Positions 44,470-56,125 are shown, counted from the stretch's first letter. The stretch is DNA of 64,000 bases from Prasinococcaceae sp. CCMP 1430 (GCA_013416795.1 RQSC01000031.1:62001-126000); one strand, 5' to 3'. Program-made: numbers and translations. Notes: generated from the sequence alone by a model not told the origin.

Positions 44470-44986
44470 GTGCGTAGTGTTGTGGCTGTGGTGGTGGTGG
44501 TGGTGGTGGTGCACGCGGGGCGCGCTCGCCGGCCTGGCGGGCGCGAACGCGCGCGCGGCCGCCGAGCACTCGCCCATGCTCTGGACGGAGCTCGCCACGG
44601 GCGCGGCGGCGGCACGTGCCAATGGCAACTCCGCCGCGTATTTCACGGAGGTGGCGTGGCATGGGCGCTGTATGAGGGAACTGCACCGCGCGCGCCCCAT
44701 GCGCGAGCGCTGCATGCGGCGCCGCGAGGAGCTGGCCGCCGCAGGATACAAACGCAGCGCCGACGCGTTCGGCGCGCTGGGGGTCATCTCGACGGGGCAC
44801 TGGGAGTTCAACGCGACCCAGGCGGATCGTTTCGCGGCGCTCTATTCGCGCGAGGCCAGCAGGGGGCGAGCTGCAGCAGAGCGTGCCGCGGTCGCCGCGC
44901 GCACGCAGCGCGCGCGCAAGCACAGCATCCTCTTCCAGAGGGAGCTCGCCCGGCAGGCGTACATCCACGAGATCTGCAGTTGGTGA
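44470..44986 (+). CDS. Hypothetical protein with N-terminal Trp-rich hydrophobic segment
   Basis: Open frame with a plausible 136-aa core (MLWTELATG...HEICSW) downstream of a TTTAGGG-bearing promoter region; start uncertain. Confidence 0.45.
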
Positions 44987-45202
44987 GGGGCGCAGGCCGG
45001 GGCAGGTGCCGAGCCCCACGCAGACCCGGCGGGCGATAGAATGCGAAGAAGCGAGCAGGCGCGCAAGGGGACGCATACCAGTCACGCCCCTCTGTATGTT
45101 ATATCGGCCGCATAGGCGCCGACGCTACAGCGGCACCGCGCGCTGCGCGCCCCCGCCGGCGCAGCATGCACCCACGCGCCTCTGGACGCCGCATCTTGAT
45201 GC

Positions 45203-47281
45203 TCACGTTTGCCCAGAGATGTAGCCCCAGATGCCGCCGGGCGTGGGTGCGTCGTCCTCGACGCCGGCGGGATCCGGCTTGACCATCCGCAGCTCCGCAG
45301 CCTCTGTCTCCGCCGCCGCTAGCCGCTCGTTGAGCTCAGCCACCTGGACCTCGAGCTGGAACGCGCGCTGCCGTTCCGCGTCCAGCGCGGCGCGTGTCTT
45401 CACGAGCTCGGCCTTGACAGCCTCGAGCTCGCCCTGCGTGGCCGTGGCGATCTTGCTGCCAGCGCTGCCGTACCCATTGCCATTGGCTGTCGCCGCAACG
45501 CTGCGCTGGTCGCTATTGGCCGGCACACTAGCGACGGGCGCAAGTTCGGGCACAGCCATCGCCGCCTGGTCCACCGCGGCGACCGGGCGCGCTGCGGCTG
45601 CGGCCGGCGCGGCAGCCGCCTGAGGTGCCTTCGCCGGCACCGCCACAGCCCCCGCCGGCGACGGCAGGGGCGTCATGGACGCCCCGTCGATGTGTGCCAT
45701 GTACAAATCGCTGCTGTAGTGCCCGTCATAGCCGCCGAAAGACAGGATGGCAGGGCCGCCCTGCGGCAAAGCGCCGGGGGGCGCCACAGCCATCGCGAGG
45801 CCCTCGCCCACAGGCATCTCGCCCTCTGGTGCCGCCACCCACTCCATAGAACGAAGGTTGAGCGCAGCCCCGCCGCCACACGCTCCTTCGGACCCACCGC
45901 CGCCCTCCAGGTGCCACACGCCATCTACGACGACGCCGGCGTGGCCCGCGCGGGGTTCGGGTTCCTCGCCGCCGGGCGCCGGGCGCGTCCACTCCCACGT
46001 GGAGACGTCGAGGCGCCAGAGATCACCGAAAATCTCCGCGCGCGAGCCACCGCCGTACGTGTACACGGCCCCGTCGTGATAGCACATCACGGCCTCTGAG
46101 CGAGGCGCCGGCTCGCCGAACGACTCTGCTTGCACCTCCGGCATGCTCCACGTCATGGTCTCGAGGTCGAGAACGTGCACGTCGTTGAGCAGGCGACCCT
46201 TGACGCCCTCGCCCCCAAAAAGCACCACGCTCTTATCGCCAACAAGAACGGCGGCGTGTCCGGTGCGCGCAACGGGCGGCTCCTCGCCCGCCACATTGAT
46301 GATCTCGCAGTCCCCGCTCGCAGGATTGATGCGCCGTACCGCGCACTCGTCGCTGGCGTCATCGCTGCACGTCCCGCCGACGAGGTACATCGAGCCACGC
46401 CACGCCACCGCCGCGGCCGCGGTGACGGCCTTCACGCTGGACATGCGTGTCCATGTGAGGCTAGGAAGGTCGAGCCACGCGACATCACCCAGCTTGCGCC
46501 CGTTGCGGCTGCCCCCGACGACGAACAAGCCAGTGCCAACAACTGCTGCAGCGTGCAGGTACCTTCCCGCCGGTGCGCGGCCGGACGTAGTAACCTTGGT
46601 CCATTTCTCCACGCGCGCCGTCCCGGCCGTGAGCGATATAGGCGCAGGGCCGGAACGGCCACCTGAGGAGGCGCTTGCGGCAGCGCTCGGAGCACTCGCA
46701 GCCGCAACAGGCGCCGGGCGCGAACTCCAGTCGGGCACCGTCTCGTCAAGGGTGCGCACGTACAGACGCATCGCCTCCACAGAGGGCATGTCGCCCAGGT
46801 TGCTCCAGCTGGTCCATTTGGCACTCTCCACCACGTTCCAGCCCTGGGCAGTCGGCAGCGCGTGATTGTGCGCCAGTGTTAACGCCCGGCGTGTCAGCAC
46901 GCGTCGAGGTCGCGCACGCGACTGCGGACGGCGCGTCGCAGACACTCTGCAGCTTGCTTAAGCGTCCTGAGGCATTGCGCCCATGCGGAGCCACGCGAGG
47001 CCGGACACGCTGCGAGGGGTCGGGGGCGACACGTGTTTGAGGGAGCATTCCCCGCGCGCAAGCGCTGTGCGTACCCAGGGCTTGGGCTCGATGCAGGGCC
47101 CGGCCGTCGCCTGCTTGTGCAGCGCGTAGAGCAGGAGGCGGGTCTCGTCTGTGAGCTCGAGCGCAGAGTGCTCCGGCGGGCCTGCGGTTGCCGCGGCGGC
47201 TTCGAACTTCTCCGGGTAGGCGAGCGTCGCGACCGAGGTCGCGGCCGGTGCCGCGGCCATCCTGTGCCACATAGCAGCCAT
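45203..47281 (-). CDS. ACBP4: Acyl-CoA-binding, kelch-repeat, coiled-coil protein (ACBP4/5-like); intron 46844-47074
   Basis: LLLYALHKQATAGPC, KPW|GWNVVESAKWTSW, EAMRLYV, kelch GG repeats, terminal GIWGYISG. Confidence 0.93.
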
Positions 47282-48152
47282 CGGTTGAGGGCGCGCGAAC
47301 AGCAGCGCGGGAGCGCGGGCGTTAGCGTGCGCGAGCGCAGCGCATGCCTTGCGTGGAGGAGCAGGAGCGCACAGCGAAAGCGGCCCTGCAGCGGCGGCAG
47401 CAGAAAGGGGGTGATGGGGTGGAGGGGGACGGCGCACCTCTCCGACCACCTGTCGCCGCTCGCGCGCGGGCGTCGCGCCCCCTCCTCTGCCCGAGCCCCG
47501 CGCCTGTCCGAGCGCTGCTGCGAGGGCGAGGCACCAGAGGGGGGGGGGAGGGGGGAGGAGGGGCGCGCACGCGCAGTGGCGCGCGCGCGCGCAGGCCGCG
47601 CGCATGCGTTCTGATATGATGGCATCGAAAAAAAAAAAAGAGTGACCTGAGTCTGAAACATCTCGAGTGCAGGTCAAAATTCCTTCCGGGAGTCTCGGAG
47701 GCGTCAACAGCCGCGCGCGCGTGCGCGGAACGGCTCGAAACTGCTGCGAAAAAAAAAAAAAAGAGGACGCGTGCGGTTGACTGATGTCTCGTGGTTGCGA
47801 CATAGGGGAATCGGAATCACTCCAACAGCTGACCCCGGTCGACCCGGGGTCGATCGAGCTCGATCCCGCCGCTGACCCCGGTATCGATCATACCAACAGG
47901 ACTTCTTCCCGGGGTGTGACGTCCTCTTGGTCAGCCGTGCTTTTTTCTTGAAAGAAATTTTCGTCTCGCGCGCGCGCTTGGCGCGTGGCGAAATGCATGC
48001 GTGCGCGCGGCGGTTTGCCGGCGCGCGCGCGTCGACTTTCAAAAAAAAAAAAAAGTACGAGTGGCGCATCGGCCACGCGCGCTGGTCCTGGTGCGCGCCG
48101 CGAGCCACACTGCGCCGCGGCGGCGGCGGCGGACGGCGGCGCCGCCGCCGTG

Positions 48153-49347
48153 ATGAGCAGGCGCACGCGAAGCTGCGACGACGGCGAGCTCGACGCCCTC
48201 GAGGCGGGCGAGCTCCACGAGCGGGGGCGCGAGCCGCAGGACGCCGGTGCGGAGGCAGCGCGAGCGCGTTGGAGGCGCTGGTGGAGGGTCTCGTCGTCGG
48301 AGATGCGCGCCGCGTCGACCGCGGCGCTCTACGGCTTCACGGCCGTGGCGATGGGCTTCCTCAACAAGTACGCGCTCACGCGGCTGCCTCAGGAGATGGT
48401 GTTGCTGCTCATGCAGATGGTCGCGACGTCATCGTGCCTGTGGGTGGCACGCGCACGCAAGATAATCCAAATAAAGCCGTGCCGGTCTCTGTCGCGCTCC
48501 GAGCTCGCGCAGGTGGTGCCCATCGTGATGCTGTACAACGCGAACGTCGGCTTCGCGCTGGCGGGCCTGTCCCACCTCTCCATCCCGGTGTACAACGTCG
48601 TCAAGCGCATGACGCCAATCCTCGTGCTGGCTTACAAAGCGGCGAAGGGGCAGTTGCCATCGCCTGCCACAGTGACGACTGTGCTTATTACTGTGTCGGG
48701 CTGCGTGATCGCGGGGTACGGAGATCTCGACTGGAATCCGTCAGGGTATCTCTTCGCCCTGCTGAGCTGCGCTCTGCAGGCGTCGTACCTCATCCTCGTG
48801 GAGCGCTCTGGCGCCAACCACATTTTCAGCTCGACCGAGCTGCTGTATTACAATGCCACGCTCTCGATGCCTGTGTGCGCGGTGCTGGCCGTCGTGTCGG
48901 GTGAATTGACGGCTGCGACGCCCACGCTTGCGGCGCTCGGAACGGAGCGATCTGGGGGCTTCACATACCTGCTGGGCCTGATAATGTGCCTCGGCGCCGG
49001 TGGGCTGCTCAATTGGTCGCTGTTCCTTTGCACGATGCACAACTCCGCGCTGACGACCACCATCGTGGGCGTGCTCAAGGTGCGCCGCGCGGCGCTGCTC
49101 TGCGCTGCATGCCTGGCGATCGGGGCGCCGACTGACCATCCGCGCCGACCACACACAGGGAGTTGCGAGCACCGTGCTTGGATTCTTCGCGTTCGGCGGC
49201 GCCCACCTCACCAAGGGCGGCCTCGCTGGCGTGGGCGTTAATACCGTGGGTGGGGTGCTCTACACCGTCGTGAAGCACCACGAGCGCGCTGCGGCTCGCA
49301 GATCGACCACCGATCTCAAGCGGGTTGGCAATCGGTCCCTTGCGTAA
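48153..49347 (+). CDS. Nucleotide-sugar transporter (SLC35D/UTR7-like); intron 49080-49158
   Basis: MGFLNK, LSIPVYNVVKRMTP, GYLFALLS..QASYL, NSALTTTIVGVLK|GVASTVLGF. Confidence 0.9.
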
Positions 49348-49358
49348 CAATTTGTACA

Positions 49359-52300
49359 TTATTGCACACCGCCGGCAAAGTATGGATGCTCGAGCGCCTC
49401 ACGGGCAGTAGGCCGGCTGGACGGCCTCCATGAGAGCAACTTGCGCGCGAGGCGCAGCGCCTCGACGTCCCCAGCGAAGCCCACGCCGATGGCGTCTCGT
49501 GCGCGATACATCTCCATCAGTGCTGCGTCGCTGCAGGCGAAGGAGTCCAGCGCGGTGTTGCTGGTGGAGCTTGAGGCAGCGGGGGCAGCGCCGTCGCCCT
49601 CGCCGCTAGCGCTCTCGGCTGTGTCCTCGCGAGGGGGCCACACGCAGGCCTCCATCATCCCACGCAAGAGCACCATGGCCTCGACCTCAGCCTCGCTGTG
49701 CCGCTGGCCCTTGCTGGCAACGAGCCGCGCGCGCGTCCTGGGCGAGATTTCGAACACGTTCGAGTGCCCGAGCGCCAGCTCGAGCATCAGCACACCTACG
49801 CTAAACATGTCGTACTTGGCGGCGAGCGAAGCCGCGAAGCTGCCGCCGCCTCCGTCCAGCGCCGCCCGCCAGCGCGAACGCGCCTCCGCGTCGCCTAATG
49901 GCGCAGTCGCGAACCGCGCCTCGGGCGGTGCGTAGGACATGGTCTGTTGCTGGTCGGATGGCGCCTCGTCCTCGTACATCGAGGAGAGCGTGAAGGCGTC
50001 GATCGCCGAGCCGAAGTCGGCGATGCGCGCGTGGATTCGCACATCTGCTGGGTCGGCATCGCTACCGACCGCGTTGGTGGCCTCCCACCGAATCAGCACG
50101 TTGGCTGGCTTGAGATCCCTATGTGCTATGCCGTGCGCGTGCAATGTGGCCACAGCTTCCAGCAACTGCTGCACGAGATCTCGCTGCACGCCGCGCCACT
50201 CCTGCGATCGCTTGAGAAATTCGAAGTACGAATTCGGGCCGACCACACTGTCGCCTTGCGCCGAGCTGTACATAAGGCTCGCTAGCGAGGCCCCCTCGTC
50301 GCAGAACACGAGCCACTGATTCACACGGTCCGGCGGAGGCACGTCAGTGGTGGCACTCGCGCCCTGTCCTGCCGGCGCCGATCCTTGCGGAGGCTCGGGG
50401 CTCGGGTCCCCAGGCGTCTCGAACGACTCAACGAAGCGCGCGATGTGCGTGAGGTCCGTCGGAGGATGGGACACCGAGGACAGATTGCGGAGGAGCATTC
50501 CAAAGTATGCTTCGCGCCGTCCCGACTCAGACGCTGCAAGGCCCACGGGGTCGTCGCGATCCGCGCCGTTGAGCAAGCGTTTGAGCACGTAGCCGGTGTC
50601 GCAATCGCCTGTGAGGCTCGAAGACTCGCTGCCATCGGCGTCGGCGCCGCGCCAGTGAGAGTGCAGGGGGTGATCAAGCGCGCGCCGGCCAGCCCGCCAC
50701 ACCTCGCCGAATGAGCCAGCGGCAAAAGGCTTGTCCCTGAGGGAGTATTGCCCGTACGTGGCGTCCACAACACCTAGGTAACCGCCTTCGAGACTGTCCG
50801 GCAGCACGCGTTGCTGGTCGTCGAGCACCTGTGCGCGCGCACCGAGGGCGTCTCGGCGCGGATCCGAAGCGACCATATCGAGGAGGGCTACAACTTCGTC
50901 GCGCTCGACCTGGCCGAACGGCGGCTTACCTTCGGCGGCCCCATCTTCGGCCATGAAGAGCGCCACTGCCAGCGACGCGGGAAGTGCCACGGCTGCGCTC
51001 GAGCTCTGGGGCTTCATGCGCGCGCCCGTCGGCGCATCTGGCTCCCCCATCACGTATATGCGCGACATGAGCTCATACGCGTGCGAGGCCCCGCGCGGTG
51101 CGACTACGAAAGCCGCATCGCTCGTCGCCGACGGAATCTGCAGGAGACTTCCGCGGCGCGCGTTGGCGCCGGCCTGGCCGAGCGTAATGGCCACGGCGCC
51201 CAAATTGTCCAGCGATCCATCGATGAGAGCACGCGACACCACCGCCGCCGCCGCTGCACCTGCGCCACTGCTCGCTTCGAGCTCATCCTCGAGAGAGAAG
51301 GCCTCCTCGACGAGGGGATCAGGAGGAATGCCACGATGATGGATGGGCACGACGCTCCCGCGTGCACTCTCCACGCTGGAAGCGTCGGCGCCGACGTGAC
51401 TGGACCCCATCGTGGTCGCGCCTGCATCTGCACTGGCGTCTGGGCCAGGCCCGAGCGCGACCAGATCTGCCGCGTGGACTGCCTGCGGCAGCGAGACAGA
51501 CGCGTGCCGGCGGAAGCGACGGCCCATCGAGGCTGCCAGGGCTACGTCGCACATGGTTTGCATGTCGGTAGCCTCCAACACGCCGTCTGAGACAAGCATA
51601 ATGAGCGCGTTGTCCCATTCGCTGTCGTCAATGTCGAACTCAAAGCCAGAGGTCGCCGCTGTATGCGAGACCACCTCACCAAACGGCACGTCGCCCACAG
51701 CTCGGCTGACTGCCAGGAGCGCATCGCTGCCAGGCATCTGCAGCCGCATGCGCCCCGACGGCATTCGCACGACCTCGCCGCCCGCCGCGCGGATGCGCTC
51801 CTGCTCCGCGGCGTCCGAAGGTGACGGCGAGGCCACGAGCTCTTTCGCCTTGCCGAGCGGCGAGCAGAGCACCGCGCGGGCGTCGCCAAGGGTCGCGACG
51901 CCCAGCGACATGCGCCGGCCGTCGCGCCTCACGGCCACGGCCGCGGCCGTCGCCCCCGCCGGGGAGCCGTCCTCGACGACGTGATGCGACGCCACGAAGC
52001 TCGCGTGCGAGGCCTTGAAGGCCGCGGAGAGCGCGTGGGATAGCTCCGCGGCCCCTATGACCTCGCCATCGCGAGCAGAAGACAGCTCCTTCGCAAGTAG
52101 GCCCGGGAGCTCGTCGGCGACCAGAAGCGCCGCCTCGGCGCCGAAGTGGCCGTCGAGGACCGCGGCAACGCGTGTGTCGTCGGTGTTTCCGAAGTAGCAT
52201 CGGGCCACGTCCTCCTGCGACCTGCGCCGCCCTCGCGCGGCGCGTGCGGCGCACGCGACCTCGAACTCGGACGGCGGCAGCTCCCGCGCCCCCGGCGCGA

Positions 52301-52520
52301 CGCCCGTCCCCCCGCCGCGCTGCGTCGCCAGTGACACCCAGCCCACTCGAGACGCCCGCTCAGCGAGCTCGGGGTGGACGCTATGCAGGAAGCTCGGGAG
52401 AAGCGTTGGCGCCGCCAGCGCCGCGGCGGCGACGGCGATCGCGCACGCCATCGCGCGCACGCGGCGAGAGGCGCCGGCGGTGGTGTCGAGGGCTCCACCC
52501 CCTCGTGCAGCGGTCGCCAT
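49359..52520 (-). CDS. PP2C phosphatase-protein kinase fusion (plant PP2C51-like) with N-terminal TM
   Basis: PP2C motifs SQED, DGHFG, GDAR, SDG, DN; kinase motifs GSFGEVW, HRDLKPAN, DFG, YAPPE. Confidence 0.88.
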   Translation of the reverse strand: MATAARGGGALDTTAGASRRVRAMACAIAVAAAALAAPTLLPSFLHSVHPELAERASRVGWVSLATQRGGGTGVAPGARELPPSEFEVACAARAARGRRRSQEDVARCYFGNTDDTRVAAVLDGHFGAEAALLVADELPGLLAKELSSARDGEVIGAAELSHALSAAFKASHASFVASHHVVEDGSPAGATAAAVAVRRDGRRMSLGVATLGDARAVLCSPLGKAKELVASPSPSDAAEQERIRAAGGEVVRMPSGRMRLQMPGSDALLAVSRAVGDVPFGEVVSHTAATSGFEFDIDDSEWDNALIMLVSDGVLEATDMQTMCDVALAASMGRRFRRHASVSLPQAVHAADLVALGPGPDASADAGATTMGSSHVGADASSVESARGSVVPIHHRGIPPDPLVEEAFSLEDELEASSGAGAAAAAVVSRALIDGSLDNLGAVAITLGQAGANARRGSLLQIPSATSDAAFVVAPRGASHAYELMSRIYVMGEPDAPTGARMKPQSSSAAVALPASLAVALFMAEDGAAEGKPPFGQVERDEVVALLDMVASDPRRDALGARAQVLDDQQRVLPDSLEGGYLGVVDATYGQYSLRDKPFAAGSFGEVWRAGRRALDHPLHSHWRGADADGSESSSLTGDCDTGYVLKRLLNGADRDDPVGLAASESGRREAYFGMLLRNLSSVSHPPTDLTHIARFVESFETPGDPSPEPPQGSAPAGQGASATTDVPPPDRVNQWLVFCDEGASLASLMYSSAQGDSVVGPNSYFEFLKRSQEWRGVQRDLVQQLLEAVATLHAHGIAHRDLKPANVLIRWEATNAVGSDADPADVRIHARIADFGSAIDAFTLSSMYEDEAPSDQQQTMSYAPPEARFATAPLGDAEARSRWRAALDGGGGSFAASLAAKYDMFSVGVLMLELALGHSNVFEISPRTRARLVASKGQRHSEAEVEAMVLLRGMMEACVWPPREDTAESASGEGDGAAPAASSSTSNTALDSFACSDAALMEMYRARDAIGVGFAGDVEALRLARKLLSWRPSSRPTAREALEHPYFAGGVQ

Positions 52521-52543
52521 CTCCGCCGCCGCCGCGCTGCACG

Positions 52544-53065
52544 TCAGCGGAGCTTCCTCCGAGCGCTGCGCGCCGCCAGGAGCTCGCCGGCCTCCTCCTC
52601 CGAGAGCGAGCGCAGAAGCGCGAACTCCGCCGCCGTGGCGTACCGCAGGCCGGTGCGCGGGCACGCGTACTTGGCGGGCGCGCCGCTCAGGTCGCTGTAC
52701 TTTGCGCAGGGATACGTCGACGGCGGCGCCTCGGCGCTCACGTACGTGGCCAGCGGATGGGAGCCGGGAGGATCACCCTCCGCTTTCGCGCCCTCGGCGC
52801 GCGCCCGCGCCTTGGATTTGCCGCCGCTCCGCTTGTCCTCGGCAGCGGCCCGCACGGGCGGCGGGAGCGCCTCGTCGGCCGTCGCGCACGCCAGCGCGGT
52901 GCGCCTCTTCTTGAGCTTCCTCTTGGCGTACTCGGCCGCGCGCGAGTCCGCGGGCGCCTCGGCGCGCGCGGCGAACCGCAGAGTCGGACGGTGGGGGGCG
53001 CGCTGGGGCGCATCGCGCGCGCGCGCGGATGCCACACCGCGCACACGCACAGCCCACCATAGCAC
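52544..53065 (-). CDS. IES6: INO80 subunit IES6/INO80C (YL1-C domain); start approximate
   Basis: TYVSAEAPPSTYPCAKYSDLSGAPAKYACPRTGLRY. Confidence 0.85.
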   Translation of the reverse strand: MLWWAVRVRGVASARARDAPQRAPHRPTLRFAARAEAPADSRAAEYAKRKLKKRRTALACATADEALPPPVRAAAEDKRSGGKSKARARAEGAKAEGDPPGSHPLATYVSAEAPPSTYPCAKYSDLSGAPAKYACPRTGLRYATAAEFALLRSLSEEEAGELLAARSARRKLR

Positions 53066-53110
53066 CCTCAGCTCTCACATAGCACACACAACCCCACCCC
53101 ACCCTCGACC

Positions 53111-53290
53111 ATGGATGCCAACACCGCCCCTGTCGCGTCGAAGAAGGTCGAGATGATCACGACCGACAGTGGCGAGAGCATGACGCGTGACGCGTTCATG
53201 AAGATGAAGATCGAGGAGCTGCGCGCCAACGGCGGCGCGGCCGTCGCGCAGAACACCGTCCTGGCGGCGCACGCGGGCGAGCGCGCGTGC
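53111..53290 (+). CDS. Short coding-like exon of unknown gene, possibly the first exon of the downstream Kir gene
   Basis: MDANTAPVASKKVEMITTDSGESMTRDAFMKMKIEELR has strong coding codon bias; continuation unclear. Confidence 0.4.
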
Positions 53291-53373
53291 AGGCGCCGGC
53301 GCCAGCAGGAGCTGCGCTGCCGGTGGTGCGGGTGCCAGTGGCGCCCTCGCGTCCTCATTCGCTACTGCCAAGG

Positions 53374-56125
53374 ATGCAGGGACGCCGCGAGAGCGACGCC
53401 GCCGCCGGCGCTGCGTCCGGCGGGGACCGGGCGCCGCCGCGCATACCCCTGCTGCATCATGCGCCGCGGCTCTTCCGCTCCGCGGCAAAAGGGCGCGGCT
53501 TCGCGGACGGGCCCGTGGATGCGCTGCTCAGGCGCGCGCGGCGCAGCGGCTCGGTGGCCGCCGGGCGATCCGCGCAGGTGCGTCCGGTCCAGCGTCGGCC
53601 ACCGCGCCTATTTGCTGGTCAGCTGCGGCCAAGTTGGCACAGCATCGACACTTTTGCTGTAGCGGTGCAGCTGGTTCGATGCGTGCTCTGTTGCGTGCAT
53701 TTGCCTCCGAGTCGCTGACGCGACCACACGCAGGGCACACACTCTGCGCTGCGCTCGCGGCTGGTTAGTGTCGACCACACCACACTGTTCTTTTTCGTGC
53801 TAGAGTCGTCGTGGTTTGTGTGCCTCGTGCTCGCCCTCTTCGTCTATGGTGCGCGCTTAGTACCACCGGCGTATGCATTGCGCTGCCATGTCGCCGCCGC
53901 ATTGCCGCGCGCCAGTCGTTGTGCGCGCCATCAAGTTTGGCACAGCAACAGGCACCGCTGACTTGATTGCGCAAAATGGACATCCGATGCGCCCAGCCGT
54001 GACGATCATCATCGGTGCGGGGCTGGCCGTGACGGTGCCGCTCGAGCAGCCCGACATCGAGGACTACGAGCAGCCACGCCCGTCGCATTGGGTGCTCGCG
54101 TTGCGCTTCTCCTCGAGCAACATCGTGTCGGTGGGCTACGGCGTGGTGCTGCCCGTCGATGACAGAGGTGTGCTTCTCGGGACCTTCGAGCAATTTGTGG
54201 GCGTGCTGGTGAACGTGTTCGTCTTCGCCGTCGTGCTCACCAAGTTCGCCGCGCCGAGCTCTGACCTCGTGTGGAGCTTGTATGCATGTGTCATCGAGCG
54301 TGACGGCGTGCCACACCTTCTGTTGCGCATCGGCAACTTGCGCTGCCACACGCTCTTCCAGCCTGAAATTTCGCTCACGCTGATATGCGAGCGCAAGACA
54401 CGCGAGGGCGAGGCGTATTCGGAGCGCGTGCCTCTACACATTAAAGCCCCACCGCCGACCATCAGTGCCATGCACACCGTCGCGCATGTGATCGACGGCG
54501 CGTCGCCGCTGTATCCGCTGTACAAGAAGCTGCGCAGCAGATCCAGTCACGCGAAAAACGACTCTGACGATGGCTGCACGGCTTGTGGGACGTCCATACA
54601 TGCCTCTTTCGTGGCGCAAGACCCGGTGTACCAGGCGGCGCTGAGCAACACCACCACGTACTACCCGGAGGATATCCTCACCGATGGGAGCGCATTCAAG
54701 TCGCTCATCAAGCTCGACAGGAAGGGCCGGCCCGTCATTGACTGGTCACACTTTGATGAAACCGAGGTGCTGCGCCCCGCGCCGCTCGAGGCCCGCGCTG
54801 CTCTGGAGGCACCCTGCGAGCAAACGCAGTGGGAAAACGCGCGCACGGTAGCGCCGGACGACGGCCGCATCTGGGCGGTGCACGGCGGCATGCGCGTGAG
54901 CTTCGGCCGTGCCGAGGTTGACGGTGTCACGGCACGCACTCCGATGCTGGTGGGCTGCCCCTTCTGCTTCGCGGTGCACCTGTTGCTCGAGGAGGCGGGA
55001 GTGGACCACTCATTTGATCTCATGGACATGATTGATGAGCATCCCGCGTGGTTCAAAGCGAGCGCCCCGTCCGACTCGACGCCGCTGCTACGCGTGCCGC
55101 CGCTCAAGCCGGACGACGCCGACGCTGCAGAGCCAACTTCAACTTGGCTCGATGGTTCCTTCGATGCCATCGCTGACAGACTGGTGCAGGCGGGCGTTCC
55201 TGGAGTTGCACGCGCACTCGGCCAGGGACACGGAGCATCTGCGAGGAGCGCGCGTGAAGGTGCGGAGCTTCATGGCCCTGCATCGCCGCCACACGAGACC
55301 GCATCGGTCACGGCCCTGCAGCTTGCGGCTGTTTCACCCGCCGCCATCGGCGCAGCGCTCAGCGCACAATCGCTCGCCGAGGCGGCCTCCTCGGTGCGTG
55401 AGATCTTCAGGTCGAAGTGCGGGGCGGTGGACACGTCGCAGGAGGCGTTTGTTGACGCGATCGACGCGTCGTTGCAGGCGTGGCAGCGCGCACTCGCCGC
55501 CAACGGCGGCGGCAGCTTCTTAGCGGGCGGCAGTCCCGGGCGTCTCGACTTGGAGTGCGCGACGCAGCTCTTCGCAGGGCTGAGTTTCCTGCAAGCGGGG
55601 ATGGTCGACATCACGGGGCTGAGCCGTAGAAAGAAGGACAGCAGCGCCGACGAGTTCATCAGATACACTCGGTCCTGCCACGCAAAGGGCACCACGCCGG
55701 CGCTGCCGGCGTGGGCACGCGCATACTTCGAGGCGTGGGAGTCCCGTTCCAGCTGGCGTTCGCTGCCGGTGCCGCACATGCCGGTCGCTACGTACCTGCC
55801 GATGATCCGCACGTACCTTGAGAAGCTTCACACCTTTGTGCCTGAGGACGCACTAGATGCACTTGCCGTCACGGTCTGCGCCAACATCCGCCGCATGGTG
55901 CCCGAGGAGAAGTTGAAGCAATGGACCGGACTCGTACCACACGACGAGACCGTGCTGTCGACGGCCGATGGAAAAAGCGAAGATGACGAGGGCGCGCAGC
56001 GCGCGGCCGACCGGCCAGAGGAGGGAGGGGCGAGGGGGCTACATCCGCTGCGGTCGCTCGCCCCGGCGCCCCGGCGCCGCAGGTCCTCGCGTCGCGAGGC
56101 CACGCCATCTGCACTCTGCGTGTGA
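53374..56125 (+). CDS. Inward-rectifier (KirBac-like) K+ channel fused to a DHAR/CLIC-like GST domain; introns 53578-53733 and 53849-53996
   Basis: TM1 SSWFVCLVLALFVYAVTIIIG; filter VSVGYG; Kir cytosolic motifs RDGVPHLLLRIGNLR, TREGE, HVIDGASPL, YYPEDI; then GCPFC...LEE...P.WF and a GST C-terminal domain. Confidence 0.88.

Noticed and set aside
49359-52520. PP2C-kinase fusion as a novelty
   Set aside because: The same architecture is known in land plants (PP2C51-like).
53290-53400. CRWC...CQGC zinc-finger-like spacing in ORF 53111-53662
   Set aside because: Cys/Arg-rich composition is typical of off-frame GC-rich reading, and the Kir exon uses another frame here.
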